Positions 13,922 through 20,822 of a stretch of 32,000 nt of DNA are shown here, piece after piece (within the stretch, counting starts at the first letter, position 1; every line of letters starts with the position of its first letter). The notes below the pieces were generated by a model that made no database searches, was not told the DNA's origin, and saw only the letters and a list, made by a program, of their open reading frames with translations. A program made the translations under genes and the position numbers. Origin of the DNA: an uncultured archaeon (GTDB lineage Archaea > Altiarchaeota > Altiarchaeia > IMC4 > CAZEGI01); NCBI GenBank assembly GCA_964512105.1, contig CAZEGI010000012.1:1-32000 (forward strand), written 5' to 3'.

Positions 13922-16597
13922 ATGAAATCTATGTATGTAAAACGAATTGGTTCCGTGGCAGCAGGTGCTGTTATGCTGGGAGCTGCTCTTTCGGGAGCTG
14001 TCAGCGCAGCATTTGATGACACCGGTTTAACCAAGGGGTTTTTCTACGATGCCAACTACAACCCGATCGTCCAGATCGTGGTCGGGGAAAAGGGTATGGC
14101 ATCAGACAGCGTTGCAGCAGGTAATGTTGCGGCAACGATTGGTAACCTAGCTTACAAGACAAGCCAGGTAACCGCGACAGCAGGAACAGCGACAGGTGAG
14201 GTTGTAATCGGCGTACAGGCAACCGGAGCAACCGGTAAGTACGTACAAGGAACCAACCGAACACTGATGTCTAACTTCTACAACGAGAATGTAGGTCTGA
14301 CGTTCCTGAACGAGACACAAACATACACAAGAGGTGAATTCATCACCTACAGTGTTGCTTGTAACGTACAGGAAAGGACATCTGCAGGTATTCTAAAGAA
14401 AGGCGAATACGGCAACATACACTGCCTGTTCTGTGAGACTCTCTGCCTTGGAGAGCTTGAAAACCCAACCCACGAAATGGAGGAGAAAATCACCGTAGAT
14501 TACTCCAAGATGGTGTGGTACGAGAAGGGTTTGAACGACGAGGCAGGCGAGGATTTAGAACTTGCGGTAGAGAGCAGAGCCTTGGAATACATTGTAGATA
14601 CCGGCGAGATACCAATGACAAGAATTGGTACTTCTTCAAGCCCAGTGGACTTCGAGTACAGAGGTAAGATGTTATTCCTTGGTGACGAGTACTACGTAAA
14701 GAACATCAAGGGGACAACCGAAGTAAACTTAGCAAAGGGCCAAGTTCTTGACGACATAAGCAGCGAGGGTTTCACCGCAGAATATCAGGGCTACAAGTTT
14801 AAGATAGACCACCTGATATACTCGCAGGAGTACCAGGTTGCAGGTATTCTCTTAGATGTCGAGAAGCCAGACGGAACCGTTGTACAAGTACAGTTATCAA
14901 AGATGGCAAACGGCAAGATTGACAACCTCGAGATTGCCGGCGTTTACGCAGAGGAATCTGACAACGTTGCCAGCGCTTCGATAATTGTGTACGACCTGTC
15001 GTCAGAGATAATACTTGAAAACGGTAAGACCCTAAAGGTTGGCGGGAAGGAAAGTAAGTACTGGAAGGTTACTTTCGGTACCATAGCCTCTAGCACGGGT
15101 TCCCCATGGACTGATCTTGATACATCCGAGTATAGGTCAGAAACAGCATCGGGGTACACCGTCCTGAACAACATAACCATCACCTACACACACAGTTTCA
15201 CACTGGAGGAAGGTGAGGCCATTGATTACCCAGCGACATTCAAGCTGGTATTTAATGGTTTCAGGACAAACGACTATGTCAAGAGCCCATGCTCTGGTGC
15301 CAACGAGGGCAACATCCTTCTGGACAAGGATGAGAAGTACAAGCTATTGCTGAGCTTCACCGGAGACGACAGACAGAGATACAACGATGTGCGGTTAGAT
15401 AGCGGTCCGTTCACAGTTGGTGACAAATTCCTCGTGAATGGAAAGGTATACGAGTTTACCGAGTACACAGAGAAGGAGAACAGCAGGCAGATGGATGTCA
15501 AGTTGAAGAACCTCTTCGATGGTGGAACAGACACCTACACGCTGAACGCATACACAACAGATACTGTGTTCACATCGCGTGCGTTCGAAGAATCTTCAAA
15601 GAACGACAAGAACGTATCCATCGATGCTGAGACCAACGAGAACGACACAGATGTGTTCAACAGCTTTGCAACATGCAGTGGATGCGGAACAGGAAGTTAC
15701 CTGCAGAGTAGCAGGGTACTGTGGTTCTACGGCGGTGACTTATACGTCATGAAGAACTCAACAGTCAGGGAGTTAATCGTAGACCCTGATGTGATAGGTA
15801 CCTTGACTTACGAAGACGTCGAGCTGAATGGACACAACATCTGGATAAGTGCACTAGCTGAAGGCGGAACCAACCTGAACAACGACGGTGACACAGATGA
15901 CGTCCTCATAAAAATAAAGAATGAGGAGAGCGAGTATGCCTACGTCGACCTGTACGACAGGAACTACGACAGTAACAGCGACATATACTACGACCAGCAG
16001 ATTACAGCTTCACTGACTGATGCTGCAAGTACTGCCCTAAGTAGCTCAACAGCGACAATCCAGTTAGACGAGGACGACGACGTTGTGTTGTGGACACCAT
16101 CTGGTGGTGACAAGATTTCAGCCACCTACGGTGGGGACTACAAGATTGAGCGTGTGGATGTGTGCCACCCACAGGAGGAGGTTTACCCAACTGTGTTTAT
16201 CGGTACATCTGAAACACCGACGACCTTGAAGTCGACCATAACCAAGGCAGACGAAGGAACATCTGTAACAGCAGGTTGCTGCTCGTTCACAGTTGAGAGC
16301 TTTGGTGTTTCTGTAGGCGCAGGAACATCTGCAACCTCAGCAACAGTGAACGCAGTACCAGCAAACCTCGTTGTTCCAGAGATAAGCGCTGACTTGAACA
16401 AGAACCTAGTTATCGTTGGTGGACCAGCGGTAAACGGGTTAACAACCGTAACAGCTGACGAAATAGCAGCAGCATCACAGCACTACATCGTCCGCAAGGA
16501 TGGTAAGAAGCTGATTGTTGCTGGATGGACAGCAGCCGACACGGTTGACGCAGGCAACGCGCTTATCAAGTGGTTGCAAGACAACGCACACGCGTAA
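13922..16597 (+). CDS. S-layer-type major surface protein (891 aa)
   Basis: Strong SD. Signal peptide ...VAAGAVMLGAALSGAVSAA. Acidic, Thr/Asp/Glu-rich body. C-terminal NLVIVGGPAVNGLTTVTADEIA ... LIVAGWTAADTVDAGNALIKWL resembles the conserved C-terminal module of euryarchaeal S-layer proteins. A terminator-like hairpin follows. Confidence 0.7.
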   Translation: MKSMYVKRIGSVAAGAVMLGAALSGAVSAAFDDTGLTKGFFYDANYNPIVQIVVGEKGMASDSVAAGNVAATIGNLAYKTSQVTATAGTATGEVVIGVQATGATGKYVQGTNRTLMSNFYNENVGLTFLNETQTYTRGEFITYSVACNVQERTSAGILKKGEYGNIHCLFCETLCLGELENPTHEMEEKITVDYSKMVWYEKGLNDEAGEDLELAVESRALEYIVDTGEIPMTRIGTSSSPVDFEYRGKMLFLGDEYYVKNIKGTTEVNLAKGQVLDDISSEGFTAEYQGYKFKIDHLIYSQEYQVAGILLDVEKPDGTVVQVQLSKMANGKIDNLEIAGVYAEESDNVASASIIVYDLSSEIILENGKTLKVGGKESKYWKVTFGTIASSTGSPWTDLDTSEYRSETASGYTVLNNITITYTHSFTLEEGEAIDYPATFKLVFNGFRTNDYVKSPCSGANEGNILLDKDEKYKLLLSFTGDDRQRYNDVRLDSGPFTVGDKFLVNGKVYEFTEYTEKENSRQMDVKLKNLFDGGTDTYTLNAYTTDTVFTSRAFEESSKNDKNVSIDAETNENDTDVFNSFATCSGCGTGSYLQSSRVLWFYGGDLYVMKNSTVRELIVDPDVIGTLTYEDVELNGHNIWISALAEGGTNLNNDGDTDDVLIKIKNEESEYAYVDLYDRNYDSNSDIYYDQQITASLTDAASTALSSSTATIQLDEDDDVVLWTPSGGDKISATYGGDYKIERVDVCHPQEEVYPTVFIGTSETPTTLKSTITKADEGTSVTAGCCSFTVESFGVSVGAGTSATSATVNAVPANLVVPEISADLNKNLVIVGGPAVNGLTTVTADEIAAASQHYIVRKDGKKLIVAGWTAADTVDAGNALIKWLQDNAHA

Positions 16598-16612
16598 GCG
16601 AACTGAAAAAAC

Positions 16613-16657
16613 GACGTCCCCAAAAGGGGCGTCTTTTCTTTATTTTTTATTTTTATT
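16613..16657 (+). terminator. Hairpin plus T-tract after the S-layer-type gene
   Basis: GACGTCCCC-AAAA-GGGGCGTC (8 bp with one bulge) followed by TTTTCTTTATTTTTTATTTTTATT. An A-run precedes the stem. Confidence 0.55.
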
Positions 16658-16676
16658 CCGATTCCAATAAATTAGC

Positions 16677-16838
16677 ATGAATGAAGAAAAAATCCTCGTT
16701 TCTGCGATTTTGGGATTGCTGACGTACGTGGTTCTTTCACCTTACATAGACATAAGCTACACAGGCATGAATCTGAACCTTCTGGTCAGCGTCGTACTCG
16801 CGGTTGTTGTGACCGGCACGGTGTACAAAGGTATTTAA
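16677..16838 (+). CDS. 53-aa predicted two-TM small membrane protein
   Basis: My own translation is MNEEKILVSAILGLLTYVVLSPYIDISYTGMNLNLLVSVVLAVVVTGTVYKGI. The stop is 1 nt before the dphB ATG. It is too short to appear in the ORF track. Confidence 0.35.
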   Translation: MNEEKILVSAILGLLTYVVLSPYIDISYTGMNLNLLVSVVLAVVVTGTVYKGI

Positions 16839-16839
16839 C

Positions 16840-17598
16840 ATGTTGTACCTCGTGGGCATGGGCCTTCACGACGAATTTGACCTGAGTTTAAGGGCCTTGG
16901 AAATTCTAAAGAATTCGGACGAGGTTTTCCTCGAATCCTATACGAATTTTCTGAATGTAAGCCCGGAAAAACTAAAAAAAATCACAGGTAAGAAGGCAAT
17001 CATCCTTAACCGTTCCGATGTCGAAGAGCATCCTGAAAAAAACGTCCTAAAGAATTCCAAGACAAAGAACGTTTCATTATTGGTTTCCGGCGACCCGATG
17101 GTCGCAACAACGCACCTCGACCTCGTTCTAAGAGCCAAGAAGAGCGGAATCCCTGTAAAGATAATACATTCCTCCTCCATATCCTCAGCAATCGCCGAGA
17201 CAGGCCTGCAGCTGTACAAATTCGGCAGGACGACCTCCCTCGTATTCCCCGAAAGGAGTTACTTTCCAAAGACGCCGTATGACGTTCTAAAGGAAAACAA
17301 AAAATCCGGCTTGCATACCCTCCTTCTTCTCGACGTAAAATCCGACCAGAAAAAGTTCATGTCCGTAAGCGAGGCAATAGAAGTCCTTCTAAAAATCGAG
17401 GAAGAGAAAAAAGAAAAAATCTTCACCAAAAAAACGCGTTGCGTCGGGGTTGCGAGGCTCGGTAGTGACGGACAGATAATAAAATACGGCTCAGCCGAGG
17501 AGCTCCAAAAAACCAACTTCGGAAAGCCGCCGCACGTTTTGGTCGTGCCTGGAAAAATGCACTTCATGGAGGAAGAAGCATTAGAGAGATACCTTTAA
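16840..17598 (+). CDS. dphB: Diphthine synthase
   Basis: MLYLVGMGLHDEFDLSLRALEILKNSDEVFLESYTN and LVSGDPMVATTHLDL are typical of the Dph5/DphB tetrapyrrole-methylase fold. Confidence 0.9.
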   Translation: MLYLVGMGLHDEFDLSLRALEILKNSDEVFLESYTNFLNVSPEKLKKITGKKAIILNRSDVEEHPEKNVLKNSKTKNVSLLVSGDPMVATTHLDLVLRAKKSGIPVKIIHSSSISSAIAETGLQLYKFGRTTSLVFPERSYFPKTPYDVLKENKKSGLHTLLLLDVKSDQKKFMSVSEAIEVLLKIEEEKKEKIFTKKTRCVGVARLGSDGQIIKYGSAEELQKTNFGKPPHVLVVPGKMHFMEEEALERYL

Positions 17599-18324
17599 AC
17601 GCATCATCCTTTCCGTATTTTTTAGATTTTTTTCATTATCAAAATTATAAATAATTTTTTTAAGAAATCTGCCGTTCCTTCTCTTTAATTTTTCAGCAAT
17701 TTTTATCATGTTCGGAATTGCACGCGTTACGTTATCCACAATCGTCACGGTCGCGGTTTTCGACGTTCTTGACAACGGATTCAAATCAATGGCGATCACT
17801 TTCTTCCTCATCCGTACAAGTGCTTCGGCCCTGTCGCCGTCCTCCAGAGGCACGAGAACAACGTCCGCGCCCCAGATTCCGTCCCCGTGAACGAGAGCGC
17901 GGCTTGAATCCAGTCCGGGAATTTTTTTGGTTTTTTTGCCCGTGCAAAGAAGTTTCCCCGCCTTGTTTTTTAATAATATTTTTTCAATAATCGTTTTTCT
18001 TTTTTTATTATAATAAAAAAGATTGACTTCGAGTTTTGCATTTAGTAACTTTGCCAACTTTACAATCTCTCTGGGAACCAGAGCGGCAACGTTCCCGTTC
18101 ACGGAAATCACCGGGTTTTTTGCAAGGAGCAGCATCGCGACCGCGGTTTCCTCGGCTTTTTTTGCTTCGCTGGTGGTTTTTTCTCCAAGCAAATAATCAA
18201 ACGCCTCACCCCTGCCATGGGCGATAAGGCCTGATTTTGCAACGTAGCCATCCCCCCAACCCTTCACGATCTTGTGCCTCTGCCTCAGCGACTCGTGTCT
18301 CGGATGCGTTTTTGGAATTTTCAT
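17581..18324 (-). CDS. Archaeal 4-phosphopantoate--beta-alanine ligase (phosphopantothenate synthetase, COG1701)
   Basis: HPRHESL, GLIAHGRGEAFDYLLGEKT, PVISVNGNVAAL, EVNLFY. I chose the internal ATG18324 (MKIPKTHPRH) because the listed start 18369 runs into the 5S gene. Confidence 0.85.
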   Translation of the reverse strand: MKIPKTHPRHESLRQRHKIVKGWGDGYVAKSGLIAHGRGEAFDYLLGEKTTSEAKKAEETAVAMLLLAKNPVISVNGNVAALVPREIVKLAKLLNAKLEVNLFYYNKKRKTIIEKILLKNKAGKLLCTGKKTKKIPGLDSSRALVHGDGIWGADVVLVPLEDGDRAEALVRMRKKVIAIDLNPLSRTSKTATVTIVDNVTRAIPNMIKIAEKLKRRNGRFLKKIIYNFDNEKNLKNTERMMRLKVSL

Positions 18325-18364
18325 ATCAATAATGCTTTTATAGTGGTTATGCATATTAATAAAA

Positions 18365-18481
18365 GTCAACGGCCATAGCGGAGGGGAAACACCTGCACTC
18401 TTTCCGAACGCAGAAGTTAAGACCTCCAGCGATCCGGGTGGTACTGCATAACATGCGGGAAGCCCGGGACGCTGTTGACAC
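18365..18481 (+). rRNA. 5S rRNA (archaeal type), not linked to 16S/23S within this window
   Basis: GTCAACGGCCATAGCGGAGGGGAAACACCTGCACTCTTTCCGAACGCAGAAGTTAAGACCTCCAGCGATCCGGG...GGGAAGCCCGGGACGCTGTTGAC. The 5' GUCAACGGC pairs fully with the 3' GCUGUUGAC to form helix I. Conserved CCGAAC and AGTTAAG boxes are present. Confidence 0.9.
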
Positions 18482-18490
18482 CAACAAACC

Positions 18491-18519
18491 TTTTTTCTTT
18501 CTTTAGAAGAAAGAAAAAA
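18491..18519 (+). terminator. Perfect 13-bp hairpin starting with a T6 run immediately after the 5S gene
   Basis: TTTTTTCTTTCTT-TAG-AAGAAAGAAAAAA. A third copy of AAGAAAGAAAAA lies at 18532-18543. Confidence 0.45.
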
Positions 18520-18542
18520 CGTTTACGAAAAAAGAAAGAAAA

Positions 18543-18701
18543 ATGGAGTTAGGTAATAAAGGCCAGGCATTAGCATATCTGGTTATAGTACTGTTCTTAA
18601 TAGTCCTCTTTTTTGTGATTCTCTATATCTTTGCACATGATATATACCAAGCATTTATAAATGTTATAAGTGAAATCCGAAGAGCTATTATTGGTGGATA
18701 A
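18543..18701 (+). CDS. 52-aa single-TM ORF with a class III (prepilin-like) signal
   Basis: My own translation is MELGNKGQALAYLVIVLFLIVLFFVILYIFAHDIYQAFINVISEIRRAIIGG. It has a short polar N-region ending in KG, then Q and a long hydrophobic helix. No obvious SD. Confidence 0.3.
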   Translation: MELGNKGQALAYLVIVLFLIVLFFVILYIFAHDIYQAFINVISEIRRAIIGG

Positions 18702-18715
18702 TTGTTCCTAGTTAA

Positions 18716-18851
18716 GACCTATCGAGCGAAGCGAAGATAGGTCATGTTTTGATCAAACTTTTCTTAAAAGTTTGGTGGAAAGCCCGGGACGCTGTTGACA
18801 CCAACCTTCTGAAAGGTTGATCATCATGGCGTATTCGCTTTTAGCGAATAC
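18716..18851. other. Four further perfect short hairpins in the 5S-downstream spacer
   Basis: GACCTATC-(12 nt)-GATAGGTC at 18716-18743. CAAACTTTT-CTT-AAAAGTTTG at 18754-18774. CAACCTT-CTGA-AAGGTTG at 18802-18819. GTATTCGCT-TTT-AGCGAATAC at 18831-18851. Confidence 0.6.
18780..18805 (+). repeat. Perfect 26-nt copy of 18460-18485 (last ~20 nt of the 5S gene plus 6 nt of flank)
   Basis: AAGCCCGGGACGCTGTTGACACCAAC occurs at both positions, read directly. Confidence 0.9.
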
Positions 18852-18941
18852 ACCTGCCGCTATGTACTTCTCTTAAAAGTTCGACTGGTGTTGTTGACAT
18901 CTTGTTCTGTGTTTATCTAATTTATTAAGTTTCTCTACCCT

Positions 18942-20792
18942 ATGGTAACCATGGCACACAGGGTGCACAAGGTCAAGGTCTTGGAAGATGAGCGACTCAT
19001 GGAGGCACTTCCAAAACCAGTAAGCATAACCGGGCAACTTGGTATCGGTCATGCTCTCGCTCCGGGGGCGAGGATGACATCGAGAGCACTGGCAATTGTT
19101 AGTTTGGGTGTTCTGGCTTTAACAGCAAATGCCTCAGACAGGGTGGATTCACCAGAGCAGATTCCAAAAGATTCCGTCGTTCCTGTCGCTCGGGATGGTA
19201 CTCCCATATCAATAGTCCAAAGAGACAACCGAAGAAGGTACATCGTTTTCAATCCCAAGAATAGACCAGAATCTGAGATACAATCCATGGGCATTTTCCA
19301 TGTTGGCGCACAGTCGAGTAATCAGGGCGTCATGTTTGGGCTGTATCTTGACGAGGATGTGGATGGCCCGCTTTTTCTCGTCCGCGGGACAGACCTGCCA
19401 AAGGCGCGTGGCGATTTGATACGGACAGGAACTACCCAAAGTGCGTTAGCTCATTTTGCGAATTCTAATCTTGTTGATGTTCCGACAGGTGAAAGGGAAA
19501 TTTACGGACCTTACTTTTTGGTGCCCTGTAATGATTGTGAAAGACTAGATGCGTCGGGTTCTCAAAGCATGATAATCTCGCCGAATCAGCTTCGTAGAAT
19601 AGATCCTGTACTTTTTGTTGACGGTAGAAATCTCAGAGCAGGGGAAGTTCCGCTCGATGTTTTGGAGCAAAGGGTTCGTGACAAGGTTCGTGATATGGAG
19701 CAAAGGCAAGAAAGGGAAAACCAGTGGAGAGATGCGAGGGATGACCAGACACGGGATAGGGCACGTCGGGGAATAGACCTACTACCAAAACCCAAGGGCA
19801 GGGGTGGCAAGAGGTTTTTTGACGTTGCAGCTGGTCAGGTTCTTGACCAATTAGATGAAGCCGCTAGAAGAGGGCGGGAGAGGGACGACAGAGTTCACGA
19901 AAGAGAACGACAGGCGGAGTGGGGTGCTTTCAGAAAAGAAAAGGACCGCCGGAGGATGATGGACCAGCTGGTGATACCTGTTGGTGTCATTCCTGCGCAT
20001 GCGGTAAACATAGCAGAGGGTGTTGCGGTTTTTTCGGAGTCGGATATGCTGGTGACTGATATGGTCAAAGGCAAACCCGAGGTTGTTGTACCGCTGATAA
20101 TGCCCAACATCCGTGATGCCAGAGACCCCGAAATCATAGGCGGTAAACTAACAACAGGAGATGCAATAAGACACAATCTTGAGGGTGACGACCAGTTAAG
20201 GGTAGTCAGACCGTCCGGTTCTTCTGGAGGCCAGGATCAGAGTTATTACGTTGTAAGTGTTAAGGACCTAAGGGAGTCTGCTCAGCACCATAGGGGGGTC
20301 ATAAAGGTGAGAAGGGGCTTGGTTCAGGGGCCATACGGCCTTGTCTTTGGACCAAACATCGCACCAGAGCTTGACCACACTCTTTTCAATAGCTATTATC
20401 GTGGCGTTGAAGGTCCGATACCGCAGGGACATGTCATGGGAACGCTCTATAAGATGATGGATACTGATAATGATAATTTTGTTTCAGCTGGCGAGATAGG
20501 AAGCTACCTGCGCGGGTTTAATCCGGATTCCGTAGAAAGAACGATGCGTGCAATAGCTGGTGGCTCTCCAAAACCGGTTCGTGCGATAGGAAACCAAAGT
20601 GAGCTGGGTAGGGGTGGAGGGTTTTTCCTTGCGATAGAGGACAAAGATGGAATCCATGGTCTTGGCGGAACAGACTACCACACTATAGGGCGGATTTCAG
20701 TTTACGGAAGTTATGCGGACGCATGGGTTGCGAGAGCCGAGATGGGAAACGCCGGGAATGATGTTGTTATTGTCGGCAGTGCAGTTTTGTAA
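18942..20792 (+). CDS. Orphan, probably secreted, Arg-rich protein with a charged central region and an EF-hand-like loop
   Basis: 616-aa ORF. The internal ATG19074 gives a Sec-type signal MTSRALAIVSLGVLALTANA|SD. The central R/D/E-rich segment runs EQRVRDKVRDMEQRQERENQWRDARDDQTRDRARRG...RERDDRVHERERQAEW. DTDNDNFVSAGE (20460-20495) fits the 12-residue EF-hand loop pattern. I recognised no family. Confidence 0.6.
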   Translation: MVTMAHRVHKVKVLEDERLMEALPKPVSITGQLGIGHALAPGARMTSRALAIVSLGVLALTANASDRVDSPEQIPKDSVVPVARDGTPISIVQRDNRRRYIVFNPKNRPESEIQSMGIFHVGAQSSNQGVMFGLYLDEDVDGPLFLVRGTDLPKARGDLIRTGTTQSALAHFANSNLVDVPTGEREIYGPYFLVPCNDCERLDASGSQSMIISPNQLRRIDPVLFVDGRNLRAGEVPLDVLEQRVRDKVRDMEQRQERENQWRDARDDQTRDRARRGIDLLPKPKGRGGKRFFDVAAGQVLDQLDEAARRGRERDDRVHERERQAEWGAFRKEKDRRRMMDQLVIPVGVIPAHAVNIAEGVAVFSESDMLVTDMVKGKPEVVVPLIMPNIRDARDPEIIGGKLTTGDAIRHNLEGDDQLRVVRPSGSSGGQDQSYYVVSVKDLRESAQHHRGVIKVRRGLVQGPYGLVFGPNIAPELDHTLFNSYYRGVEGPIPQGHVMGTLYKMMDTDNDNFVSAGEIGSYLRGFNPDSVERTMRAIAGGSPKPVRAIGNQSELGRGGGFFLAIEDKDGIHGLGGTDYHTIGRISVYGSYADAWVARAEMGNAGNDVVIVGSAVL

Positions 20793-20822
20793 TTTTTCTG
20801 GCTTTCTTCAAATACATCTATA

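Noticed and set aside
18325-18369. N-terminal extension of the phosphopantothenate synthetase ORF to the listed start 18369
   Set aside because: It would overlap the 5' end of the 5S rRNA gene (from about 18365). The conserved region begins right after the internal Met at 18324.
18486-18779. MITE interpretation of the 294-bp segment between the duplicated 5S tails (terminal inverted repeats)
   Set aside because: The only end-to-end complementarity I could find (CAACAAACCTTTT versus CACCAAACTTTT) is short and gapped, and it partly overlaps the direct repeat itself. That is not convincing.
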